Shown here one piece after another: positions 1 to 17,863 of a stretch of DNA of 64,000 nucleotides (the first letter of the stretch is position 1; each line of letters begins with the position of its first letter). This DNA comes from Eledone cirrhosa (taxonomy: Eukaryota): positions 237,956,001 to 238,020,000 of the forward strand of contig OZ024742.1 in NCBI GenBank assembly GCA_964016885.1, written 5' to 3'. The notes beneath the pieces are model-generated. The model was not told where the DNA came from. It did not search any database and worked only from the letters and a program-made list of their open reading frames with translations. A program made the position numbers and the translations under genes.

Positions 1-476
1 CCACTTTGATCCCCATCCCCACTTTGATCCAACAAGAACTTATTAGAAGCAGATACGAATACTTGCAACACAGTGGACTCCGCTAAAAGCTCCCCAAAAG
101 CAGGTGTTGATGTCTAACACAAACACCAATAATTCCATACATCGGTACAAAGCTATAACATTCTCGGCTCACTGGTAGGGGTTGTCGTTGACTGAATGTA
201 AACCAATATATTACTGGGAGTTAACTAGATATTGATAGAAATAACATCTGACATTGTGTTATTTCTCTCACTCAATTTCCTTTATAAAAATAATGGTAAG
301 TTCCACTAGAAGGTTAATTCACCTGGTAGAAATAATACGCAAATCTGCTTCAAACGTACTCCACTCTCCTTTAAAACGATATTCACTAGACAATGTAGTT
401 CGGTTTTCATTGGGTAAAGGGAAGGATAATCAGTAGATATAACAATAATATAATGGTTATAACACAACTACTACAA

Positions 477-1480
477 ATAATTGTTTCTACTATTGGCACA
501 GGGCCAGTAATTATCCCAGTGCATTACTGGTACTTTATTTTATCGACCCCGTAAGGATGAAAGGCAAAGTTAACCTCGGCGGGATTTGAACTCAGAATGG
601 CAAGGACCGTAACTCTATGCGTCAACGCATGGCACCGCCCCTCAACCGATACTGCCAATTCACTGCCCTACAAATAATATATAATTTTGGCACAAGACCA
701 GCATTTAAGGATAGGAAGAAACTCAAAGTTAACTTCGGCGGAATTTAGACCCAGAAACTAAGGGGCCGTAACTAAATGCTACAAAGCATTGTGTCCCACG
801 CTCTAACGATATTGCCAAGCCATCTCCTTTCAACTAGTACTAATAATGGTTTCTGATTTAAGCACAAAGGGCAACATTTTTGGGGGGAAAGTAAGTCTTT
901 TAAATCGACCCCCTTCGCACTACTGATGCTTTATTTTATCGACCCCGTAAAGTTGAAAGGCAAAGTTAACCTGGATGGGATTTGAACCCACAACCTAAAG
1001 GGCTCTAATGATTCTGCCAATTCATTACATTTCAACTACTAATAATGGTTTTTTATATAGGCACAAGGCCAGCAAGTTTGGGGGAGGGGAAAGTCGATTG
1101 AATCGACCCAGTGCGTGACTGGTACTTTATTTTATCGACCCCGTAAGGATGAAGGGCAAAGTTAACCCCGACGGGATTTGAACTCAGATTATAAAGGGCC
1201 GTAACTCTATGCTGTAAAGCATGGCGTCCGACTCTCTATCGATACTGCCAATCCACCGCCCTTTTTCAACTACTAATAATAATAATAATTCTTTCTAGTA
1301 TTGACACGTGGTGTGAAGTTTGGGGGAAGTGCGTTATAGGTACTTTATTTTATCGTCTCCGTAAGGACGAAAAGTAAAGCTAACCTCGGCAGGATTTGAA
1401 TTCACAACGTAAAGTGACGTAACTATGTACTGCAAAGCATGCTTTCCGATGCTCTGTGGATTCTGTCAATCCAACGCCCT
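477..1480 (-). mobile_element. Cluster of five copies of tRNA-derived SINE family A (approx. 477-669, 684-826, 843-1025, 1042-1262, 1286-1480)
   Basis: Minus strand reads GGCGGTG..TGGCAGTATCGG (A box) ... GAGTTCAAATCCC (B box), a conserved body GGTTAACTTTGCCTTTCATCCTTACGGGGTCGATAAAATAAAGTACCAG and a tail GGCCTTGTGCC..TAGAAACAATTATT; copies are separated by short (AAT)n. Confidence 0.9.
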
Positions 1481-1488
1481 AATAATAA

Positions 1489-3235
1489 AACTGGTCAACA
1501 AAACTTTGTTTTTTTTCTGCTGAACTAAGTTTGAGACCTGTCCATTAGTAATTTGGGGCCGCTGAGTTTTAAAATGACAATACTTTTTTTCTATCACGCC
1601 AAGTTATAGCACAAAAACTCGAAAGAAAATAATTTACCCAAATCTGGATTCAGCAATTCGGCCCGTGCTTCACTCAGATGAAGTACCAGTACCCGTTTAC
1701 ACAGAATTACCTTCACTGGAGGATGAAAGTGGTACATGTGTATCAGATGAAAATCATGATCATAACAGTGATACAGACTTTGTAGATACAATAATCAAGG
1801 AACGTGAAAACCTCAACTAGGCAGAACTGAATGATTTAGTTAGAGACGTAGGCCTGTCAAAAGAGTTATCAGAACTGTTAGCTTCTAGACTTAAAGAGAA
1901 GAATATGCTGCAGAAAGAAACAAATGTAACTTTTTATCGGAACAAGGAAAAAGATCTCCTGGCATTCTTTAAAACTGAAAAAGATTTTGTTTACTGTTGT
2001 GACTGACGTGGCAGGACTGTGAAAAGCGATGGGTGCTCTACAGTATGATCCTCACGAATTGAGACTCTTTATAGATATTTCAAAGAAGAGTCAAAATGTT
2101 TATTACTCCATAATGGAAACATGTGCTATTCCTATTGGTCACTGTGTACACTTAAAACACGAAAACATAAAAACTGTGTTAGATTTACTTAAGTTTGATT
2201 AACACAAATGGCCAACAAGGAGGGTATACAAATTATCCGTGTTTCCTGTGCTTATGGAATATCCGAGTGAAAGACAAACATTGGGAACAGAAGCACTGGC
2301 CAGCTAGAAAGAGTTTGACTGTTGGGGAAGAAGAATATCATACACCAACCACTTGTTGGGCGAGATAAAATCATCTTCCCACTCCTTCATATTAAACTAG
2401 GACTAATGAAGCAGTTTGTCAAATCTCTTAATGTGGAGGATAACTGTTTCAAATTCATATGTACAACATTTCTTGGCCTAAGTTATGATGAAATAAAGAC
2501 TGGTGTTTTTGACGGGACACAAATCAGAAAATTAATGAAATGCCAAAACTTCTCGAACTCAATGACTGACGTAGAAAAAAGCATGGGATTCGTTTGTGAC
2601 TGTTGTGTAAGGATTTGGGGGCAGCAAAAAGGCTGCAAACTACACGAGATTTGGTGAAGACATTGCTTGATAGCTTTTATCTTTTAGGCTGCAACATGAG
2701 CATAAAGATTCATGTCCTCAAGAGCCATCTCGATGAATGTCTTGCTAATCTTGGAGACGTGAGCAATGAGCATGGTGAGCACTTCCATCAAGATATCAAG
2801 GTTATGGAGGAGCGATATCAAGGTAGATGGAACACACACATGATGGCAGACTACTGTTGGAGTATTCAAAGAGACTGTGTAGACATGAAACACTCTAGAT
2901 GCTCTCGTAAGCGAAAGTTTCTTCCATAAATATGTTGGTTAGTGTACGATTGTTTGTGCTTTATCCATTTTATTTGAGAATTAACATGACGGATTTAATA
3001 AAAGGTGGTGTTATCTTATCATATCAGGTTCTATTGACATGATAATTTATGGTTTCAAGCTATAAGACTTAGTAATCTATCCATTATTCACAGAGTGCAT
3101 AATAAAATAGGGATGTACTATACAATGAAAACCTGATGTGTTAGGAGACAATGGATTTTATATTTGAAATCAGCACCTCAAAATTAGCTAAAAACAACAA
3201 CAAAACCTAAGTCAGCAAAAATGTGTCGACCAGTG
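1489..3235 (+). mobile_element. Decayed DNA transposon, Chapaev3-like (CMC superfamily), with imperfect TIRs
   Basis: Left end (A)ACTGGTCAACA...TGCTGAACTAAG..TAATTTGGGGCCGCTGA is mirrored by right end TCAGCACCTCAAAATTAG...CCTAAGTCAGCA..TGTCGACCAGTG. Internal transposase motifs are present. Family assignment rests on recalled motifs. Confidence 0.8.
1810..2929 (+). pseudogene. Frameshifted Chapaev3-like transposase
   Basis: Motifs ELNDLVRDVGLSKELSELLASRLKEKNML (~1825), PLLHIKLGLMKQFVK (ORF 2322), GVFDGTQIRKL and GCNMSIKIHVLKSHLD...VSNEHGEHFHQDI..ERYQGRW...MMADYCW (ORF 2603), split over several frames with stops. Confidence 0.85.
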
Positions 3236-3363
3236 TACTCGTATGTCTACTTTACCTGAGCCGGTTCGGGCTGAGGAGCACCACCTGCAATATATATTTC
3301 CTATGATAAATTCTGCGTTATATCTATTAGAGAGACAGCTGTTGCTACTGAAATAACAATAAT

Positions 3364-5207
3364 AATAATTGTTTCTACTTTTGGCACAAGGCCAACAATT
3401 ACCCAGTACATTACTGGTACTTTATTTTATCGACCCCGTAAGGATGAAAGGCAAAGTTAACCTCAATGGGATTTGAACTCAAACCGTAAAGGGACGTAAC
3501 TATTCTAGAAAGCATGGCGCCCAACCCCCTACTGATACTGCCAATTTACCTATAATAATTGTTTCTACTTTTGGCATAAGGCCAGCAATTATCCCAGTAC
3601 ATTACTGGTACTTTATTTTATCGACCCCGTAAGGATGAAAGGCAAAGTTAACCTCGGCGGGATTCACCTATAATAATTATGATGATAATGATAACTATTT
3701 TTTATATTAGTCTCAAGTGTCCAAGACATTGAGGACAATACACGGACGAAAGAAAACAACCACATGGGATTTACATGGACTAAATAGGCCATCATTGATG
3801 ATAACGATAATAATACTGATAATGATATGGTCACATACGACGGGGAGTCTTGTCAATCAAGTTTCATCACATCCTCTATAGCACTTCAGCCACATAGTTT
3901 TTGTCCGGCTCTACAGAATATAAAAAGATGGATTAAAAATGTATTATAATGATAATAACAATTTCTACTTTTAACACGAGGCATGTAATTTTTGTGTGTA
4001 TGGGGGGTGGGTGGGTGCGGTTTACCTGATTGGTACTTTATTTTATCGACATCGGAAGAATGGAAAGCAAAGTTGACCCCGACAATATCCGACCTAGTAT
4101 ATATGTATAGCTTTTTAACTAGAAATCATGCATTAATGGTGCTTTATTTTGTCGACCCCGTAAGGATAAAAGGCACAGCTAACCTTGGCGGGATATGAAC
4201 TCAGAACGTAAAGAGTCGTAACCAAATGCGAGAGAGCATTTTGACCGACAATATACCGATATTGCCAATACACCACCCTAAATGATAATAATCATAGTAA
4301 TATTAACAGCAATGATTTCTTTATCAAACACGATAGTTTAGAAACAGATCAAGGACGGTACAGGGCGATACAGTGTGAGTTTATAAGAAAACATGTAAAG
4401 AAATGGAATAAAGAAAACAAAAATATCAAAGAAAGAAAATTCTCTATTAGAGGGGAAACTTCCTATGGCTACTCACGAAAAAAAAAACACAAAAAAACAA
4501 CAACACATGCGACGTCTCCCAGTTGACCTCTTTCAACCTACATTTGCATAGTCAGAGCAGAAGCGATCATTCGGATCATACTCGCTAGTCTTATCCACCT
4601 TTCAACAAATTTGCTAGAAGCACATTCTTCTACACTCCGATTTTTTAAAAGTAAAGGGTCGTAGTTAATTGCAGAAAAAGCATTTTTTCCCGATAACAAA
4701 GTACCCTTAACTCTGAATGGAGTCGCGGAGGTGCCACCCTGACACACTGCATGTTTTCTTCCATAAAAAAGAAAGAAACTATGTACTCCAGTATTGGGCT
4801 CTTATTTTATCTATCGTCCTCAAAAGAATGAAAGACAAAATTGACCTCCACGAGATTTGAACTTTGAGCGTCGAGAGCCGGATAAAATACGGAGACATTT
4901 TTAATCTGACACCCTAACGACTCTGCCAAATCACCATAATATTAGAAATAATAATTGTTTCTACTTTAGGCACAAGGCCAGCAATTACCCAGTTCATTAT
5001 AATAATGGTTTCTGATTTAGGTACAAGGCTAGCAGTTTTGGAGAGGGGGTGTCGATTAAATCAACCCAGTTCGTTACTGGTACTTTATTTTATCGACCCC
5101 GTAAGGATGAAAGGCAAAGCTAACCGAGGCGGAATTTGAACTCAGAACGTAAAGAGTCACAAAGCATGTGGTTTGACGCTCTACCGATACTGCCAATCCA
5201 ATTCCCA
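3364..5207 (-). mobile_element. Cluster of SINE family A copies (approx. 3364-3550, 3556-3664 5'-truncated, 3958-4279, 4783-4935, 5002-5207)
   Basis: Same body and tail as 477-1480. The truncated copy 3556-3664 is flanked by the duplication ACCTATAATAATT. Confidence 0.85.
4311..4650 (-). mobile_element. Old 3' end of an L1/Tx1-type LINE
   Basis: Minus translation RSVEECASSKFVERWIRLASMIRM resembles the C-terminus of ORF 52057-52833 (IRVEREVLSSQHFVERWVREARMARV). The end AATGATTTCTTTAT...AGGACGGTACA matches 51797-51875. Confidence 0.65.
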
Positions 5208-5379
5208 AATAATAATAATAAAAATAATAACAACAACAACAATAATGATAATAACTATATCATTTGCCTGAAGGGCAACAGAAATAGGAAACAACGTAGA
5301 TATCAAAATGATTGTGACTGGTTATTATTATTATCGGTTTGTTGTTTATTACATGATGTTAAGAAAGAGGAGTATTTGA

Positions 5380-7647
<2,268 letters not shown>

Positions 7648-7903
7648 TGTAAGCGTCTGTGTGTCAACTTGAGTGGGGTAGAGAAGAGGAATGAGGGAGT
7701 ATTAGTGTATACTATATCCATATAATAGAGATTATACCCACATACACTTAGAAAATACTGGTTCCTGTCATTGATATTTTGCTTACCTGTTAGTGAATGT
7801 GCATACATAAGCTAATATTTTGTGTGTGTTTATTTGTATGTATATATGTAGGACAACCCCACGCCTCATATATATGTATGTGTATATATATATATATATT
7901 ATT

Positions 7904-7949
<46 letters not shown>

Positions 7950-8139
7950 GTGATGATGGTTTTTTATATAGGCGCAAGGTCAGCAATTTGGGAGGAGGTG
8001 ACAGTCGATGAAATCGACCCCCAGTGCATGACTGGTACTCGATAAAATAAAGTACCACTCATGCACTGTCTCTTCCGCCAACATTGAAGAAGCCATTATT
8101 ATTATTATTAAAATATAAAAATATATATATGTATGTATG

Positions 8140-8301
<162 letters not shown>

Positions 8302-8608
8302 CGTTATATTCTATATTGCTGACAATGTATTATATATATATATATATATATGCATTGTCATCAATATAGAATATAACGTATATGCAATTATAATTGTAGT
8401 GATATCATATTTATCCTATGATATATTCTACTACGAAGTCGTATATGCAGCATAGCTATGACGTCAACAGGTATTTTCTACAGGTGTGTGATTAGAGAGG
8501 ATAATATAGAGATATACAAATGATTGACCACATACTACCACACACTCTCTCTCTCTCTCCCCCCTCCCCCACACACACAACACACATACAAATATATATA
8601 TATATATA

Positions 8609-8932
<324 letters not shown>

Positions 8933-9271
8933 AGAATGAGGAAGAGAAAGAAAGAAAAATTGATACACCGCTACGTATACATATATGTGAATACAAATCG
9001 TGCGTTTGTGTGTTTGTGTGTTAGTGTATATATGTATATGTGTGTTTGTGTATGTATGTATATGTGTGTTTGTGTATGTATGTATATGTGTGGGTGCGTA
9101 CGTGTCTGTCGTACGTTTGGGTTTGCAAACACGGTGATTAAGTGGTTAATATTAACTTTAAATGGGTGCCCTGTTGGTGTAGTGGTAACACCTCAGTCCA
9201 GCAAACCAATATTAACTTAGAGATTATCATTATTAATATTATTAGTATTAACATTATTATTACTGTTATTA

Positions 9272-9490
9272 GGGCGGTGGATTAGCAGCATTGATAGAGC
9301 GTCGGACACCATGCTTCGCCACATAGAGTTACGGCCCTATACACTCTGAGTTTAAATCCCACCGAGGTTAGCTTTGCCTTTCATCCTTACTGAGTCGATA
9401 AAATAAAGCACCGGTAATGCACTGGGGTCGATTTAATCTGCTTTTCCCTCCCACAAAATTGTTGGCCTTGTGCCTATAGTAGAAATCATT
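9272..9490 (+). mobile_element. Full-length SINE family A
   Basis: A/B boxes, conserved body, tail CCTTGTGCCTATAGTAGAAATCATT. Confidence 0.9.
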
Positions 9491-10019
9491 ATTTTTATTA
9501 TTATTTGTGTTTAAAGCGAAGAAACGTACTATTGTGAGCTCGTCTAAGTTTGTTGTTTCAACGTGTTTGGATACTTTTGTTGTTAATTTATTTTTGTTTC
9601 AAAAGGGGTATAAGACTTTAGTTTTGCTCTGAAAGAAGAACTCCCCATATTATTTGGTCCTTGGGCCCAAATACTTGAACTTTACGTACGTTTTTTGAAA
9701 AAAAAAACGTTTTTTTTCTGACAAAAGATCCGTTAAGTCAGCTGTCGAGTGACAGTGACTTAAACGGAGTAACACTGCCACCCCCACAACCATTACAAAC
9801 ACCAACGCCACATTAGGCACTATCGCCAAACGCAACACCAACAACAAAAACAAAATAAATGAGATCATCAACCGTAATAATTGTTTCTACTTTTTTTTTT
9901 ATGACAACAAAAACAACAAAAACATGAACAACGACAACACTATTAACAACAATGAAAAGCAGCAAAACAACAGCAACAAAAAGAAGACAACAGCAGCAAC
10001 AACGTAAACAGGAGTACTT

Positions 10020-10820
10020 TCGCAGCCACAGTGGCTAAGAATCAAACTCTTACAACTTTGATTTGACAGTAAAAAATGCTTGGCCTAGGCGGGAAAAATT
10101 ATAACCAGAAAAAAGACTTGGGCCAACTTAAACGTCCCTGCAGAGGTGATGGCAGCAAAGGAGAGGAGAACACTGAAATATAGATGCATTTCGGTGAAAT
10201 CTCGCAAAGCCGAAAAAGCCTCTGAAGACAAATAGAGGCTGCATTGAAATGAATCAATAATTGTTTCTACTTTTGGCACAAGGCCAGCAATTACCCAGTG
10301 CATTACTGGTACTTTATTTTATCGACCCCGTAAGGATAAAAGGCAAAGTTAACCTCGGCGGGATAATTGAACAAGGGCCAAACAAATTGGGAGCATCTTG
10401 GTGCTCTTCAAAAGTGAGGCCCTTGCTATCAAGAATCTCTGGTCCACTGCAAAACGGACCAATTAATCATGTACACGTCCTACATGGGAAATAGGGCAGT
10501 AAGGGTGCGTGGTCTCAGGATTCCGCAGGGATTAAACTTATGGTGGCTGCTGGCATGTGTGGTGGCTGAGCGTCATGGCACCCTCCTCGATGTCAAATTT
10601 ACAAAGAGCGAGTGGTGGTCCGGGACTGGTTTGGAGATCCTTCCCAAATTAGATCCGAAGACAAAAAATAACTAGAACCACATCAAACTGCTGGACGGGT
10701 AAGAAATACAAGTAATCACAGCAGACAAACGGTCGCACTTTTTCATTTGTGCTGAAGCCACACACCTGCGAGCCCTTTGCCCTACGATTCCGCGAATAAC
10801 CGTGAACAAGAATGCCGGGT
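10020..10820 (+). pseudogene. Decayed gag-like ORF1 of a non-LTR retrotransposon (L1/Tx1-like), interrupted by a truncated SINE A at 10257-10364
   Basis: GC-richer coding-like tract; ~10682-10786 translates [33 protein letters not shown], a CX2CX4HX4C knuckle whose first Cys codon reads TTT. Confidence 0.55.
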
Positions 10821-10824
10821 GTAC

Positions 10825-12366
<1,542 letters not shown>

Positions 12367-12812
12367 ATATTCATAAATACACACATATATCTTTCTGTGT
12401 GCTTCTGTATGTGTTTGGATCTAAGCAAGCATGCACATATTTGCAAATGCTTCACGTTTTCAATAAAATTTCCTGGTGGAAACTTCTTAATTTTACATCA
12501 ACAGACACACATACACATAGAATTTCGCTGGTTCATATATTGCAAGAGATATATTGACATACCAACACTTGCGTGAGATATGTATTGGGAATGCACGTAA
12601 CATTTTTCACTATTATATATCCAAACGTGCGCGCGCGTATACATATATTAACATATACATTGATTTGTGAGATTTAAAAAATGTATGCGTGTTCTCGAGA
12701 TATATATAACACAGACAGATAGACAAGAATATATATCCGTACGTTTGGATTTGCAAATATAAAGTAGAGAATTTTGTTTGTATTTTCTTTATCATATTAC
12801 TGAGATTAATCT

Positions 12813-12854
12813 GTCGCTATTCTGAGTTTCGCGCTTCCCCGCTGATCATGCAAC
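12813..12854 (-). ncRNA. Degenerate hammerhead ribozyme
   Basis: GUUGC AUGAUCA GCG GGGAAG CGC GAAACUCAGAAUA GCGAC: stems I and II intact, core CUGAUGA carries two changes. Confidence 0.4.
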
Positions 12855-12959
12855 TTGTTAGATATGTAGATGTTATATAAATTGAAAAAATTGATTGTTA
12901 TATATATATGTGCAGGCACGCACGTACACACACACACATACACTCACATATACACGCAC

Positions 12960-13021
<62 letters not shown>

Positions 13022-13065
13022 TTATACGTATATAATATATACACACACACATATATATATATATG

Positions 13066-13114
<49 letters not shown>

Positions 13115-13143
13115 TATATATAGATATATACACATATATATAC

Positions 13144-13174
<31 letters not shown>

Positions 13175-13477
13175 GAGAGAGAGAGGGGGGGGGGTAGAGA
13201 AAATGAGAGTGTGAGGAAAAGAGAGGAATGGAGGATGAAATATTTACTTATTAGATGACTCCACGCATATAGCAGAGTCGTATTTATTTTATGTATCTTG
13301 GATGACTGGTATTCAAGTATCACAGAAGCCGATGCCAAATCAATCATCCTTCTATATATATATATATATATGAGTGTGTGTGTGTTTGTTTGTATGTGTT
13401 TGTGTGTGTGTGTGTATGTATATATGTATCTGTATGAGTGTGTGTGTGTGTATGTATATATATGTGTGTGTGTGTAA

Positions 13478-13513
<36 letters not shown>

Positions 13514-15182
13514 CGTGCGTATGTGACTGTGTGTGTATGCGTGAATGTTCAGAATTAATTTTCTGCATCTGTGGGCTACATGAACGGCACACATAGAAGA
13601 CTAATAATATATTAATAATTACTTAACAAATATCATGACTTAACTTCACTAACGAAGATTTATGAAGGAGGTTGCCCCTGTCCATTGCAGTCGCTAGTGT
13701 CTGACTATACTAATATGGGAGAGGCAGACCTAACCACACTGACTGCAAGGAAAACTTATTTCTGCGTACAGTATTTAAGTGTCACGTTCGTTTCTGCGAT
13801 TCTTTTTGTCTTTATTATCTGTCATGCGTGTTATCTTGAAGGAGGAAATAGACTGGTACTTTGTATGCAGTCTGATCACGTGATCAGATGCCAGAGACCA
13901 CTATTGACGGTCATTGTGACATACATGTAGGTATTTCTTCAGAGAGTCTTCGTACATTTTCTCCTGTGCCTATCTGTTATGTAGTAAACATATAGCTGTG
14001 ATAACAACACTATCACTATGCATGACCATAATTGCGTGCATTGTTGGCATTGCTTATGAAATATCGATTAGATATTTTGAAAGATTGATACTACTCTGTA
14101 TTATTATTATATCGTAAAATTCATCGGGGTGCTGCAAACCAGCATGCTAATGAAATTTAAAAATTCTCGAACATATACACACACACATACATATAATTAT
14201 ACATAAATACATACATACATACATACATACATACATACATACCTGATGACTTCCCCCTCGTTATCGAGTATGGCTCTTGCACGTTATTAATAATTATCAA
14301 TTAAAGCTATCGTACAATGCCTGTGCGTGAAGAAAGACTGTGCACTGAGCCAATCCCACTCTCTGAGCAACAGTAGCTATAACCCGAAAAGAAGAAAAGA
14401 TCAACATCATCGGTAACTACTGAGCTGCAGGTTTTATGCTGGAGTTATCCCAGTCTCCTGAGTTGGCTTCTCCTAGAAGAATGCCCTGACAAAGGCTAGG
14501 GGACCTTCACTCCCTGTGGTTTATCCGCGCGATTGGGTATCCAGCCCGATTATTTCTATATCCCAGCGCATATATATACTCAAGTATACATGTACACACA
14601 TATATATATACATATATATATATAGACTTGTATACATGTATATACGTATTTACACATTTTTGGATGGCCGTTGACTCTTATGAGTTCTCCGCCCTTTGTC
14701 AGGTTTTGTTTTTGTCCTGCAGTGTGTCCAAAATCACCTTCCTCACCAAGTAAACTTGGTAGGGTGGCCGGTTTAGTCACTGACGACCCGACCATGCGAG
14801 AGGTTGTACTGGGTTACATGTTACCAGTAACACTCAAGTATGACCCGACATACATACATACATACATACATACATACATACATACATACATACATACATA
14901 CATACATGATGATGGCTGCATGAACATCACGGACGTGGCTTTTCAGTCCTGCTAGGGACTTGTCTATAGCCAGCAATGCCATGCATCGCAAACAATTTCA
15001 CATATCAAGCAATGCCTGCCCTTAAAGCTTTTTTTAAGTGAGGAAAGGCTTTGCACAGAGCCAATCAGAATCTGTGAACATCGAATTCATTTACCCCAAA
15101 AGAGGAACTGGCTTACATCATTTGGATGCAAACAAAGTCGCAGGTTATATATCATACATACATACATACATACATACATACA

Positions 15183-15215
<33 letters not shown>

Positions 15216-15640
15216 GGTGGCTGCCAACTCGTTTTCGAGTACGGCCACTACTTTATATCCATGTAGGAGAACCCCTACCGATGCGCTGAACGAGTGTGAC
15301 TTTTTAGTCCCGCCAGCGACTTGAAAACTCTGGTACAAACACTACACTTGTGACAATAATTGTCACATAGTGCTGGGCCCATTGTACCATGTGACGACAA
15401 GTGCAGAGATATCTCCAGATATAAAGTAATGCCTGTGCCGTGAAGCTTTTATAGTGAGCAAAGGCAAAAGAGCAAAAGAGCAAAAGAGGAACTGGCTTAC
15501 ATCATTTGGATGCAAACAAAGTCGCAGGTTATATATCATACATACATAAATACATACATACATACATACATACATACATACATACATACATACATACATA
15601 CATACATACATACATACATACATACATACATACATACATA

Positions 15641-16600
15641 CTGGAGGAGAGATATGGAATAAAGCCTGATATAAATCTCTCACCCAGAGAAATCGGAAGA
15701 TCCTATTCAATGTTCAAACAAGAAAAAAAAATTGACCAATTTACAGAGAAAGTTGTGCATGGATACTTGAGGCGTAAAACACAGACCATAGAGGGGATAA
15801 ACCACTCAAAAAGCCTGGCATGGAGTTCCGACAAGTTTATGACATCACACCTTGAGGGATATCTCTATGCAATACAGGAACAAGAACTCCCTACCAAATA
15901 TCTGCTGCACAAAAGAGGAGGGCCAGCAGCTGACAATAAATGTAGGCTATGTAAAACAAAGATCAAGGATGTAAGCCACATTGTTGCCAGCTGCGAAAGA
16001 ATGTCATCTCGCTACTACCTCCCTATGAGACACGATGGGATAGCTAGAACCATCTGGAACGCACTTCGGAAAACAAAATTAACAACAAACGAGGAAGAAT
16101 ATATTGAGACAGATGGCACTAAGGAATACTGGTGGAACCTGAAAATAAAAACTGCCACCAAATTAAAGCACAGCCGGCCTGATATTGTAGTTTGGGACCA
16201 CACATTGAAAACGTGTTCTGTTGTGGAGATCAGCTGCCCACTTGATGTAAACGTTGTCAGAAAAATACAGGAGAAGGAGGACATCTACGGACCATTGATG
16301 AGGAGTTTACAAATCCAGTATCCAAGATACACCTTTAGCTTCATACCCATCATTATTGGTGCTACGGGTTATATACCAACCTGCTTGGACCAAAGTATGA
16401 CCGAACTTGGATTTGCGGACAAAAAGCGCAGCTCCCTAATTCATAGTCTACAAATGGCTGCGATAGCTGGCACCTTCAAAATTTGCAAAACATTCTTGCG
16501 ATTCAAGGGATGACAATTTCTTTTCTTTTACAACCTTGCCACCAGGAAGGTGGCCGGTCAAAAAAATATACTCGAAATTAAGAGAAAGAGAAAACATACA
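15641..16600 (+). mobile_element. 5'-truncated RLE non-LTR retrotransposon (R4/Dong-like) in (CATA)n; open frame to 16513
   Basis: EGYLYAIQEQELPTK, CCHC finger CRLC..DVSHIVASC, RHD, RPDIV, VEISCP, EKEDIY, PIIIGATG; (CATA)n on both sides. Confidence 0.9.
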
Positions 16601-16629
16601 TACATACATACATACATACATACATACAT

Positions 16630-17645
16630 GGATATGTTGTCAGGAAGCTCCAGAGTGAGAGTAATATAGATAAGGAAAGTAGTCTATCTTGGACCAACAA
16701 CCGCTATATTGGCTCCCACTTTGAAGGATACGCTTTTGCAATCCAAGAACAGGAAATTAACACGAAATACCTGATTCACAAAAGAGATAGGGATGTAGGC
16801 AAAACACCTAAATGTGATAACAAGTGGAGACTCTGCAGAATTAACATCGAAGATGTCACCCATGTCATCAGCAGCTGTCCAAACATGTCATCGCGGTACT
16901 ATCTACCTATGAGGCATGATGTAGTGGCCAAAACACTGTACAATGCAATCCGTAGAAAAGATAGCCCCGATAATAAACACATTAAAAGCTACAACGATGT
17001 GGAAGACATCCAGGTACATAATATGAAAGAGTACTGGTGGAATGTTCCAGTAAAACCCCAATAAAATGAAGGCATAACAGACCAGATATTATGATATGGG
17101 ACAGGGAGAAGAAAACATGCACAGTAGTGGAAGTTAGCTGCCCAGCAGATGCCAATATAATATCAAAGATTAGCGAAAGGGAGAATATTTATGCAGAACT
17201 GATGAGAAATCTGCAGATACTCCACCCTGATTACACTTTCAGATTTATGGCTGTGATTATTGGGGCATTGGTGTATGTTAGTAACTGCCTCAATACAAAT
17301 CTTGAGAAGCTAGGCGTCACAGGGACAGAAAGAACACAACTAGTTAGGAAATTACAAGTACAATCCATTAATGGAAGAGTAAAAATATGTAAAACATTCC
17401 AAAAATTTTGCATGTAATAACTGCATATATACATGTACATATACAAAGTATATGCACATGCACACATACAACTCCAAACATACGCATCCACACATACAAT
17501 AACATCCATATCTACACATGCATGCATACATAATCTACCTAGTTGATGTTGTGTAAATTCCAATGAGAGAGTCTTGTGTCTGTTAGAAACCGACTCTCTC
17601 TCTATTGGTAAAAATTTGTGAAATTATAAAACCAGAAGAACATAC
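16630..17645 (+). mobile_element. Second, diverged 5'-truncated R4/Dong-like RLE element in (CATA)n
   Basis: FEGYAFAIQEQEINTKY, RLC..EDVTHVISSC, RHD, RPDIMIWD, VEVSCP, KICKTF; contains stops and frameshifts; ends AAACCAGAAGAA CATACA. Confidence 0.85.
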
Positions 17646-17787
17646 ATGCATACATATTTTCACACGCAGATTGAATAGGCTTAGCGAGCATTTTCTGTTG
17701 AGAGAAAACGAATAAATCAACTTATAAATCTATTCTATATTGAGTTCGTCCTCATTATGGACTGTTAAAATCACAAGATCCGAACAC

Positions 17788-17859
<72 letters not shown>

Positions 17860-17863
<4 letters not shown>

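Noticed and set aside
1-436. Possible host exon at the window start
   Set aside because: Frames examined are short or interrupted and carry no recognisable domain.
477-5207. Recurrent repeat-spacer pattern resembling a CRISPR array or tRNA cluster
   Set aside because: Repeats are 100-220 bp, irregular and diverged, with A/B boxes but no cloverleaf; they are SINEs in a eukaryotic context.
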